64,000 nucleotides of DNA from Nemertoderma westbladi (taxonomy: Eukaryota; Animalia; Xenacoelomorpha): positions 91,790-155,789 of the forward strand of contig JAUCBJ010006895.1 in assembly GCA_032718475.1 (NCBI GenBank), given 5' to 3'. Position 1 is the first letter of the stretch, and every line of letters starts with the position of its first letter. Both the position numbers and the translations under genes were made by a program. The notes below the pieces were generated by a model. It ran no database searches, was not told the DNA's origin, and worked only from the letters and a program-made list of their open reading frames with translations. Shown here in pieces: positions 39,437 through 50,014 of the stretch.

Positions 39437-42400
39437 ATGTCGGACACAACCCAATCACTGTCGGATAGTCTTTTGGAAAGTGTTAGAATGACTGTTAGAC
39501 AGTGTCTTAAAAAGATCAGTGACCCAGATCCCAGTATAGAACATCCTAGATCCAAGTCTAAGTCACCTCCTGCTGTAAGAAAGGCCATCCCTACCGTAGT
39601 AGTGTCAGACCCTAGACTAGTAGAACACCGTAGGTCTATCATCGGAACTCGGGCCCAAGTCAAGCGGGATCAAGAAGCAGCTATCAAACAGCAGCAACCT
39701 CCTAGCCCAGAACCTAGTTCTCAGCGGCCCGATGGCTCCAGTAGTTCGGATACTGCTGAGCGGAGACCCGAACACGGAGCGAAGATGGCGGATACGGTTT
39801 ATGATGAGCGGCCAACCTATGAAGAATCAACCGACGCCACTTCTTCTCAAGTAGAAAGCGAGGTGGAAAGCGAAGTGGAAAGCGAATTAACAGCAGCAGA
39901 GAAGCCGCGAACTAGAGACGCCATTGACATATATCTGTCAGACTATCAGCGATTCATAGGAGACGAAGAGTTGAGGAGACGACTGTCTGGACTTCGCCCT
40001 AATAGTGAAGGAACCAAGCTTGTGTTGGACGCAATCGATGCGGAAATGTTAGCTGCAAACCAAGCTGAATGTGATGAAAAACTCCGTCTCACTAGAGTCC
40101 GAGAAGAACAAATAAAGAAAAGAAGGATAGAGGAACAAAAAACGGCGGCTATGGCGGCGGCTATAGCAGATGCAGAAGCAGAAAGTAAAGCAGCAAAGGC
40201 GGTGGCAAAGGCAGATGCAGAAGCAGAAAGGAAGGCAGCGGCTGCAGATGTAGAAGCAGAAAGAAAGGCAGCGGCTGCAGATGCAGAAGCAGAAAGAAAG
40301 GCAGCGGCTGCAGAGGCAGAAGCAGAAAGAAAGGCAGCGGCTGCAGATGCAGCGGCAGAAGTAGAAGCAGAAAGAAAAGTGGCAAAGGCAGTGAGAGAAG
40401 CAGAAAGGAGAGCATCTGAGCAGACTACCCAACTGGAGTTGGAGAATCTGCAAGAGACACAAGACAGTATAACTAAACAGTTTACTGCTAATCAAATGCA
40501 GATGATGAGAAAATCTACTCCCAAGCGCCAAGGGTACACATCATCGGAGGAAGGCGATACTACCGAACCTGAAGGCGGAGGAGATAGATCTCATCTAAAT
40601 AGGCGCAGAAAAACATATTACCGTCGTAAATTGCCTGATTTGCCCCCAGCTGTTAAAAGACAGCTAACTAGCACAGATTTAGGTAGTGCGGAACCTATAG
40701 AACAATTTATCCAGGTCAAAAGACTCCCTACTATAGTCGATGAACCTGAAATAATTAGGCCTGTAATTCCCAAAGTCACTTCTATGCTAGAGACCCCTAC
40801 ACTTCCAGAGCTTAACTCTAAATTCCCTTTACATAGCACTACACTGCCTGTACCCGGTGGAACAGTCCATGCAAATACCCCTGTCCAGATAGCAGAGAGA
40901 GAAATCAATAATTTGTCTCCCGTCGTCCCGCGTCAGCCCGCTACTATGTTGGCGACTCCCGCTTCGGCGGTTGAGTGGGTGGAAGAGGGACGGCGGGGGA
41001 TGAATCTCCTGCTAGGACAGATGCAGGAGACTGTCCACCAACTTAAGGGAACAGTGAGGGAAGGTAGAGCAGAGTTGCAAGAAGTGCAGCAAAGTATCGC
41101 GCTAGAACGCGACAAATTAGTCAATATACAAAAAGGCATACCAATGCCTCCTCCTGTAACATTGTGTCAACCCGTTAGGTCTGAAGTATTACATGCGCCA
41201 GGTGTGGAGCCTACACGCATCTATACTGCTAGTGAAGTTGAAACTCCTATAGCAAACCCTATTAAGGGTGATTATAGACCTGTTATTAATGATATTCCCT
41301 ATAGACCTGATAATGATCCGAGAAATTTGTATACCGATAATTCGATATTAAATAACACGATGGCCCAAGAAAGCTTTACGCGTCAGATGGCTAGAACAGA
41401 AGCCCGCCAAGCGGTCAAAGTGGGAGAGATCGTCAAATTCAATGGAGATGAGATGAAATGGTTACCTTTCAACGAATATTACAAAGATAGCATACAGAAC
41501 TCTGTACTATCTAACGGAGAGAAACTTAGATTCCTCATCAAGTGTTTGGAAGGACCTCCCAAGTTAATGGCGTTAAAGTTTATTGGACATCCAGATGGAT
41601 TAAGACAAGTTTGGGATACACTAAACATCAGGTATGGTAACAAGGATAACATAGCTAAGTATTTGTATGCAAAATTAGTAGCCCCCCGACACTTCCTTAG
41701 TAGCGGGATTATAGAGTTTTCCGATGAAATTCAAGAGATCTGTAGACAACTGGACTGGTTAGGTAAGTCGCATGAATATCAGAGTTCCATGGTTATTGGA
41801 GCCGTAGTCTCTACTTTACCAAAGGGTGGAGTATGTACACGCTGGGACAAGAAAGTGTTGTACATGAATGAACAACAACGACGAAGTCCTACCATGGCTG
41901 ATCTCATGTCTTTCTTAGATAGTGAAGTAAAATTACAACTCATAAGGCAGGCCAGAGAGAAAACATCGGAAAATAAGGTAAGTGAGAAACCCGATTCTAG
42001 GAGAAGGATAATACCAGTGTGTTATACTGACGACGGCGAAAGCCAAGCTTCTCAAGAAGAGGACAGCGGGAAAGACACAGCAAAATCTTACTATGACAAC
42101 AAGACCTATAAAGACGTAAGTAAATACAAGTCTCGAACCAGTGACAGGAGAGAACAGGTAACAACAACTCCTCCTACGTCTCCTAAGATAATTCACGGAA
42201 GAAAGCCCGAAGAAAGAACGAGAGTGCATAACGTTAACCAAGTTAAGGTGAGTAACATCAAACCAAAATGTGCGCTGTGCGACGGGCCTCACCGTTTGAG
42301 TGCGTGTGCTGAATTTCTAAAGAAATCCCCTGTAGACAGGCGTACAGTCCTGTGGAATAAGCGGTTATGCTATAATTGCCTCAGATCAGGACACCAACGG

Positions 42401-43696
42401 CGAACCTGTTACTCCGACGCAAAGTGTGCAAAGTGTGGCGCGAAACATCACATTTTGTTACACAGTGAGTTCGAACGAGACAACCCGAGTCAGGTAAGTG
42501 AGCCCGAACTACATGTCCAATTCAGTGATGTGAACGACACTGACCAAGGTTCTGAGTGGGAAGGATTCTATACAGACGAATTCTCCGATGCCAACGAATC
42601 CTGTTATCTAATAAATACCACAGTGTATCGAGCACTTACGGATGAAAAGGACACTGACGAGTTTACTCCAACTCCTTTTGACAAACAACCATCTTGGAAA
42701 GTTCCAACTTCCAACATAGGAATAAGAGAATTTCCTGTAGTGCAAGTTCGAGTTCATGGTCCCAACAAGAGTTACATAGTGAACGCCCTACTTGACTCCG
42801 GCAGCACAGGAACATTCATCGATCAAGAACTAGCCGAAGATATCTTTGCTGGACAACCCAAGTTCCGGACTAAATTGAATATGTCAGGAATTATGCAGGT
42901 TTGGAAATCTACCCTAACGGCAGATTACTATGTAGGTGTGTTGTCCACCCCCCAGGATAAGTTAGGAACACAAGGTATAAGGTCAGTAAAAATGGTGGCT
43001 ATAAAGAACTTTGCTACTACTCAAGCAGAACCTTATAACTGGGACGAGGACGAGTGCATCCAACATCTTGAGATACCTCGATTCCAAACCGATTATCCTG
43101 GAGTGCAAATACTCATCGGCCAAAACGCGCATGAGGCGCTCGAGCCATTAGAGAAACGGCCTGCTCAACCACAGCCACTACAAACCTATGCGGTAAGAAC
43201 TAGAGTAGGTTGGTACTTCACTGGCCCTTCCCGTAGAACTCTCAAAGAGAGATTACCTCAACAACAGGTATACCAAGTAAAGGGGGAAGTGGAGAGCAGT
43301 GATGTGGACGACCCAACTGAGGGAACACCATACTCCTCAGATAATGACGATATTAACTCCAATGTAGATCAATGGAGACATTGCCTTAGGACGATTAATC
43401 CAGCCGACATCGCTTCCAGAGGAGCAACTCCTCAAGAACTGATAGATACTCCAGGCTGGTTAGGTGGATCCGACTTCTTAAGTAAAGAAGAAGAAGGATG
43501 GCCTCCTCATCTTACCACGGCGGAGAGTAGACAGGCCAAGGGAGCGGAGAAACTAACACAACCACTCAATCGCCCAGCTAGTCGTTTATGTTTACTGGAA
43601 AGAGACCGAAAACTGTCCGGAAACTATGGAAGGCAAGATACTCTTCCTACGACCACTTCCCTAATCCGACAAATATCTAGGGACTCCATAACGTAA
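39437..43696 (+). CDS. Gag-aspartic protease polyprotein (1419 aa) fused in frame to short RNase H and IN-tail remnants
   Basis: Three Cys/His knuckles, ALLDSGS and ILIGQN protease motifs, NPADIASRG remnant. No RT or IN core. Confidence 0.92.
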   Translation: MSDTTQSLSDSLLESVRMTVRQCLKKISDPDPSIEHPRSKSKSPPAVRKAIPTVVVSDPRLVEHRRSIIGTRAQVKRDQEAAIKQQQPPSPEPSSQRPDGSSSSDTAERRPEHGAKMADTVYDERPTYEESTDATSSQVESEVESEVESELTAAEKPRTRDAIDIYLSDYQRFIGDEELRRRLSGLRPNSEGTKLVLDAIDAEMLAANQAECDEKLRLTRVREEQIKKRRIEEQKTAAMAAAIADAEAESKAAKAVAKADAEAERKAAAADVEAERKAAAADAEAERKAAAAEAEAERKAAAADAAAEVEAERKVAKAVREAERRASEQTTQLELENLQETQDSITKQFTANQMQMMRKSTPKRQGYTSSEEGDTTEPEGGGDRSHLNRRRKTYYRRKLPDLPPAVKRQLTSTDLGSAEPIEQFIQVKRLPTIVDEPEIIRPVIPKVTSMLETPTLPELNSKFPLHSTTLPVPGGTVHANTPVQIAEREINNLSPVVPRQPATMLATPASAVEWVEEGRRGMNLLLGQMQETVHQLKGTVREGRAELQEVQQSIALERDKLVNIQKGIPMPPPVTLCQPVRSEVLHAPGVEPTRIYTASEVETPIANPIKGDYRPVINDIPYRPDNDPRNLYTDNSILNNTMAQESFTRQMARTEARQAVKVGEIVKFNGDEMKWLPFNEYYKDSIQNSVLSNGEKLRFLIKCLEGPPKLMALKFIGHPDGLRQVWDTLNIRYGNKDNIAKYLYAKLVAPRHFLSSGIIEFSDEIQEICRQLDWLGKSHEYQSSMVIGAVVSTLPKGGVCTRWDKKVLYMNEQQRRSPTMADLMSFLDSEVKLQLIRQAREKTSENKVSEKPDSRRRIIPVCYTDDGESQASQEEDSGKDTAKSYYDNKTYKDVSKYKSRTSDRREQVTTTPPTSPKIIHGRKPEERTRVHNVNQVKVSNIKPKCALCDGPHRLSACAEFLKKSPVDRRTVLWNKRLCYNCLRSGHQRRTCYSDAKCAKCGAKHHILLHSEFERDNPSQVSEPELHVQFSDVNDTDQGSEWEGFYTDEFSDANESCYLINTTVYRALTDEKDTDEFTPTPFDKQPSWKVPTSNIGIREFPVVQVRVHGPNKSYIVNALLDSGSTGTFIDQELAEDIFAGQPKFRTKLNMSGIMQVWKSTLTADYYVGVLSTPQDKLGTQGIRSVKMVAIKNFATTQAEPYNWDEDECIQHLEIPRFQTDYPGVQILIGQNAHEALEPLEKRPAQPQPLQTYAVRTRVGWYFTGPSRRTLKERLPQQQVYQVKGEVESSDVDDPTEGTPYSSDNDDINSNVDQWRHCLRTINPADIASRGATPQELIDTPGWLGGSDFLSKEEEGWPPHLTTAESRQAKGAEKLTQPLNRPASRLCLLERDRKLSGNYGRQDTLPTTTSLIRQISRDSIT

Positions 43697-45307
43697 TAAC
43701 ATATGGAGTGGGCGTGTGACTATATCATTTTATATTTGTTTTTATTTTATATTTATGTATGTATTATTATGTAATTTTATTATAATCGTTTTCTTTAATT
43801 TTATTTAGTAGAATGTTAGTTTAGAATATTTAGTAAATTAGTGCAATATATTAGTGTTTATTACGTACATAATTACTTATAATATATATTTAGTGCGACG
43901 GCAAGAAGTAATTATTTTCTCTTTCCTTACTGTCCGTATTATATTATAAATGCGAGACTATAGTAAGATGACATGTCAGTACTTCTTAAAGTACAATAAA
44001 GCCACTACTATATTTAAGTATTATTGGTAGGCAGAGTATTAGGAATGCAAAGTTCAGATCCTCGTGTCTCGGCTAAACCAAGCTCTGGGTAGACCTTGGA
44101 AACGACTTGCCTCTTCACACTGACATTGCTTCGTGCGATATTGCTCTTCTACCTTATAACAAATAATACATATAGTAGCGTGATGTCCCTCTAACAGTAG
44201 CGTAAATCGCAAATAAATCTGTTAAACTTTTGACCATCTGTAATTCTAGTCGATTAAGATATCGTGGCACCCACCGATATACTTGAAAGACAAATTCTAG
44301 AATCAGTGGTTAACGTCCCCAGACAAGTTCTGGAATAAATCGGTGCCCATCCTAAATATTAATTTAATATTTATTAAAATCTGTAAAATTCAGATCCGTT
44401 AAAAATTCTAGTCGATTAAGATATCGTAGCACTTACCGATACTCTTAAAAGACAAATTTCATAGAATTCAGGATCCTATGTCCCCAGACCTGCTCTGGAA
44501 TCCAATTGTGTCAATTTAACATCAAATAATAAAATTCACGGGAATAAATTTAAATTCATATTCGAATGAATTTCATAAATTGTCATTTTGCGCAATTTAT
44601 AACATTCCCAAAATTCCAGTAATTAATAGATCATGGGAGCGGAGATTCATATTGAGTGCGAGAATCTACAACATATAGTCAATAGCCGATAAAATTTATA
44701 AAATCATGCATAAAGAGGATATTGACAATTAAAGAATTACTATTAAATAACATCCCAGATCTGTATGCATGAGAATTACCCTAATTCTACCGCTAGTTTT
44801 CCAAAATGTCACCATGGCAACACCCACGCTAGAATTAGAAACAAGTTAAAGGACCAATAAAAGCTTGCCCCATTGCGTAGCATAAGAGTATACATAGAGC
44901 ACTATTAGTATCCAAGGATACATAGTAATAACGTGACATTCTGGAAGACACTGACTAACGGACAAATGGCATGCGTGTGTGTAGTAAGTAATGATTGTAT
45001 GGAATTTGTGCGTTTATAGGTGAATGTTACTACTAAAGTGTGTTTACAGTAGCTAATCGCAATTGTAAAATAGCCCTAACTCTACTGAGATAACCTCAAG
45101 TGGATTCAAGCCTTTGGGACGGACAGTGGTGGGACTTGTGTCGGTTATCGTTGTCGTGCTGTTGCTACATGTTGGCGTAAACACTGCGACAGCGGTACAT
45201 CGGCGCTGAGAAACCCACTGTCCGGGGGCAAAAGGCCTAGTAGGCAGCGACGCCCGCTTGCCTAAAATATTAACTTATATTGATATTAATAAACTCAGAT
45301 AACAGAT

Positions 45308-46756
45308 ATGACGGAATTGATAGAAGATGACCTTGGTATTAGAGAGCGATATACTCTACCTTTACAAGCGTTTGTGGATAGCTTGATACGCGGTGAAGCC
45401 GATCCGACTATTACGGAGGACGATGGTCGTTATATCGAACCGCCGATGTCCCAAGAGCAACTTACGCGTGAATTGGACTATCGAAAATTAACCGCTCGCT
45501 ATACGCATCGTAATGGTACGTATATGGACTTCTTAACTACCGGCCATCCTATCGATTTACATGATACGGACGATGTAGACACCGAAGGGGAAATGGTTCT
45601 ATTTAAATATCATACCCAGCGGCGTCGTAACGATAAACCGAGAATAGATCACGAAAATTCTATTCGTAACAGACTGGGAAGACGAACCAATATGCCTAGA
45701 ATCTGAGGAGATTCAGCCTATCGCGCCCGGAACAACGACAACGATTACATCCTAGAATGGTATCAAGGTCCACAGTGTCTTACTGCGTATGATTATCGCC
45801 ATGCCAATTATGTTTCTCGACAACGTTGTCGGCTGTGCGCATCGAGAGACCATATTACGTCTATGGACACCAACGATCTTTGTTCCTATTTCCACGAGCA
45901 ACCGTCGATGGAAATCTATTGTGCATATTGTCGTCTTAATAATTTGCACATTTTTGCCGTCTGCCCCCAATTTATGACTCAATGCCATCATTGTCAATTA
46001 AAAGGACACGCCAGCTTTGATTGTCCCTTTAACCATGATTTAGAGAGCGTAGATGAAATGATTGTACTACGTTATATAAGAGCTTGGGAAGCGAACGCTG
46101 ATTTACATTGTGACTCACGCCATCGCTATTATCCCGGACGCGCCTATGAAGGAGTTTATGCGTTCCATCCATATTTGTTTGCCTCCGTCGAGCAGAAATC
46201 GCGCCTATCAAGTTATGAACTATTGAAGCGCGTTGGAGAATGTATTTCAACCAAATATGTGCGTAAATTTCTCAGGAGCATTAATCCGAGTGACATCCAG
46301 TCTTACAACTTAATAAACTTTATCCGTCAAGACCCTGCCTATGGAGACTTATTCGTCAACTCACACCCTGAGTTACAAGAAGTATATCGACGGCCTTACG
46401 AGTATCGAGCCCGCGAACGCGAGTTAGAAAGAACCATTAAACCAAGGAAGTTTCTAACGGCCTATGGTCCACCCACGGCCCTCGTTCAGACCACTCGTAA
46501 AGGACCCGTAAGAGCGGCTGTCTTGAAACGAGCTCTCAAAGCCGTTAGACCCCTCTCCCCTGACGTTGATGTTAATCAACCCGGTACTTCGACCGGCGGA
46601 TATACCGATCGCAATCCCATACCTTCTGATGCAATCATATTGCACCCTTCACCCAGGAGTTATAGCCCTCCTAGTAAAGTGGCTCGCCCCAAAGAGAAAA
46701 GGACTCTTGCTAGCTTCAAAAAACTGCGTAAACGCCGTCCGCGCAAGAAAGACTAA
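45308..46756 (+). CDS. Accessory ORF3 of 482 codons with one in-frame TGA (45704-45706), three CCHC-like knuckles and a basic C-terminus
   Basis: ORFs 45308-45706 and 45863-46756 share a frame and the gap between them is open (GDSAYRARN...CRLCASRDHITS). Confidence 0.75.
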
Positions 46757-46834
46757 CTGTTTAGAGTATTTTTGTATTTTAGAAACTGTGATTTTGTATA
46801 TTTTATAGACTTAAATCCCATTTTCTGGGAGCGG

Positions 46835-48102
46835 TGTAAAAGCTTTTGTGGGATAACTGATACGTTTGCCTTTGCTGGCCAGTTCCCCCCCAGGCGCTGG
46901 AATACTCTAAAAAAGGTTTTCTAACTGTATATATATTCCCCTCGCCCGCAAGGTACCTTTACAGGTGTTTTAACGGACATAAAAATCATTCTGCTATATA
47001 CGTGTTTTAGCGGACATGGTAAGACAAAAAACTTGTAATGCACCAACCACCTTTCACAGCTTAGCCGTGATGATTCATATTACGACATCTAGCAGCTGGT
47101 TGCTGACATGGAAACAGCCATTGGCCGCGTGGTTCTTTGTTTGGCTTGGGCCAATCAGGGCGGTTTTTCCTGTCGACGTGTAGCTTTTCTGCCGATCATA
47201 AGGAGAGTGTTCAGTCTTACTGTTTTTTACTTGATACTTTGTTGTTATTGCTGTCTAAGCCAGAAACACCGGCATTTTGGATAGATACTGCTGTACCGTA
47301 AACTGCTTGAATTATCGAAAGTATAAACTGTTACCTTAACTCACTAACGAATCTTAACTAATTGATCAATCTTAATTAACATACTCACTTAATTTAATTG
47401 CATTAATCATATTGTTTGTACTGTTATTTTACCGTCAGTTATTAATTGTAAATATTTGTTGATGGAAATATTGCTATTTGGATAATACGGATAAATCACC
47501 CAATTCCCAATTTTCTTGATAACACTACAGGTTAGAGAGACCGGCTATACATAACAATTGCGATTTATATTAATGTGGTGTGTATTGAATCCAATGTTAT
47601 TTAGCAGACCCTACGTGAGTCAATTACTGCTCTCTTTATGTGTGATCAAATATACTGACTGTCGGCAGAATAGTGTGTATGATTGTGATTGGTAACAAAG
47701 TATTTCCTAAAGAATACGCTTTATACTTTAATCATAAGCAGTATCGTTGCGTTTTAGTATAAGTCTTAGTTCTGTTTAAATAGATAAAGCGCCACGTCCT
47801 AAAGGAACTGTTAATATTTCCCGAATGCCAATAATATCTGTCAGAGATTAATTATTAACGATCTATCGAATAATACATTAGGTATACACTGCAACCTTAC
47901 ACTGTAATAATACAATTCAAGCATCCGAATTCAGTCTCCCGGGTGTAGATCCATCGGGTGAATGATCGCGCATGGGCTGATTTCGGCTAATGTTTGGCGT
48001 ATTAGCATAAATTATTGTCGTATGCTAAAGTGGTTTTAATTAACTAAAAGACATATAAATTTTGGCAGGTTAAACTGCTAAAGGTCTTCAAAAGCGCGAA
48101 CA
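46835..48102 (+). repeat. 3' LTR of element 2
   Basis: Direct repeat of 35890-37157, followed by TSD AGAGT. Confidence 0.97.
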
Positions 48103-49429
48103 AGAGTATTCTGGCTCTTTTCTCTTCAATGCTGTTTGTATTGAGTGTGAGTGTTGTAGTTCTAATGAAATTTGAGCTGATCAGTTCACGATATGTCGGC
48201 TTGGCAAGTGAAATACGCGAATATTAAAAGTTTAGTGCAGAAAGCAGGTCAGGTAAGGCGTAGGATGAGCGTGCGATGCTGTAGCCACAAGAAATGCCGC
48301 GATACGACGCCAGGGGGCGCACATTGCTGAACATTGCAATCCGACAAATTAGTTGTAGAAAGCGACTAGGACAGTTCAATATGCACAGGATGGTACCGAC
48401 ACACAACCGAAGTTCAGCAATCGAGATTGGCACAAGATTGGCGACGTGGTAAAGAGTGCAATTCCCAACATATGGGCCAAGGTTTAGTAAACCTCTTAAC
48501 GATTTGCGGTAGAATACATCAAGAGCGTCACGATCAGTGGAGGTTAGAGAACCTATATTGAATTTTAATCAATATGTGGTAGCTGGTACAGCGAGGGAGT
48601 CCCATAGTTGGAAGACCACCTTAGGAGGAAGCCAGCGCGTTGTCCAGCCTCTAGTATGAAATGTTTGAGAGTAGTAAGCTATCAGCCTGATAGAATCATT
48701 AAGGATTACTTTGGAGTTCGATTAACTTTTAATGTTGTATCCTAAGAAGGTAAGGGCAGAACTTCTTACAACAAAAGATCCACGTATGTTGATAGAGCAG
48801 GGTTTATGACATGGATTTTGGATGCTTTCGACTACAATCCATGAGGTTTTAGTGGGTTCAAAGCTAAGACAGACCGCGTCTGCTTTGTCACTTACAATCT
48901 TTTCCATACGTTCGAGATTAGTAGCCAAGGTGCTAAGAAGGAGGAAGTCATCGGCGTATACTATGGCGCCTAAACACACAGGGCCGACACGAGAACCTAA
49001 GTTGGAACTCTCTAGAGCCGCAGTTATATCAGCTGTGTATAAGTTAAAAAAAGTTGGTGATAGTAGAGAACCTTGGTTTAAACCTTGGGCTACATGTATG
49101 CCGTTACAATCGATGCTACCATTGAATTTGAGAAAAACTATACCACAAGTGTAATATGAGTAGACCGTAGCTGCGATGTGAGGGTTGACTCCATGGTCCA
49201 GCAGGTTTCAAATGAGTGTGCAGTACGCAACATTGTCGAAGGCCGATTCTATATCTAGCTGAAGCAGGTACACTGCGGAACTTTTGGATCTATAATGCTC
49301 AATACATTCCAGCAATGTGGCGATTACTGTGTCAGTGCCTTAACCCTTTTTGTATGCAGTCTGGTTTGTATGGGTGATGCAAGTGTATAAGTACTTTGAA
49401 AGGATAATGTGTTCAAGAATCTTGGCGAA

Positions 49430-49981
49430 TGTTAGCGAATCAATTCCGCCTCACCAAACCCCATAAAGTGAGCCGTTAAGCAATATTGGGAACACGAGGT
49501 TGATTACCAATATCAACCCCGTGTCACCCCAACAAAGTGGGAAGGAGAAACATACGCACAATAGGGGTCAGGGGTTACACCCCTGAAAGAGAGAGAACAC
49601 CAAGGGCGAAGGGAAGCACTTCAGGGGAGGTAAAAGGGTTATTAGCCAATGGGGGGAAGGCACCGGCTGAGTAATGTAACAATGGCCAACCGTGCAATAT
49701 ATATTACCGGTCGTTGTGTATTCCATTCAGTTATCTCAGTGCAGTCACAGCAGTACGGTGACAATTAAGACCGTCGCCGCTGTCACCCATATTACTGGTC
49801 TATTAACGTGTATTACCGCTATCTGCTATTGTACCTACATCTGTACATTGTACCACATATATATCTTATATCATTAACAACGACACTAGAACAACACAAA
49901 CTCTTTTCCAACCACACGGTGCGGCCTGACGCGTACATAAACGCCACCGGATAAACCGGGATCCTCTCGGATCCCGTCACA
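49430..49981 (+). repeat. 5' LTR of element 3
   Basis: TG...CA. TATA-like AATATATA near 49696 and TCAGT about 30 bp downstream. Confidence 0.95.
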
Positions 49982-49990
49982 GTCTTAATT
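49982..49990 (+). promoter_or_regulatory. Non-tRNA primer-binding site GTCTTAATT, complementary to LTR 49763-49771
   Basis: Abuts the LTR end. Perfect 9-nt reverse complement of AATTAAGAC. Confidence 0.6.
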
Positions 49991-50014
49991 CTAGGCCTGC
50001 TGCGACTGCCAAAG

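Larger units (their letters stand above)
35890..48102 (+). mobile_element. BEL/Pao LTR retrotransposon (element 2), 12.2 kb, non-autonomous Gag-protease element related to element 1
   Basis: Two 1268-bp LTRs with about 1 difference seen, TSD AGAGT (35885-35889 and 48103-48107), empty site near 32485. Confidence 0.97.

Noticed and set aside
43340-43565. Element 2 deletions as spliced-out introns
   Set aside because: The junctions do not match exact GT-AG boundaries in element 1
45704-45706. Selenocysteine or read-through TGA in ORF3
   Set aside because: No supporting element seen. CGA-to-TGA deamination is simpler
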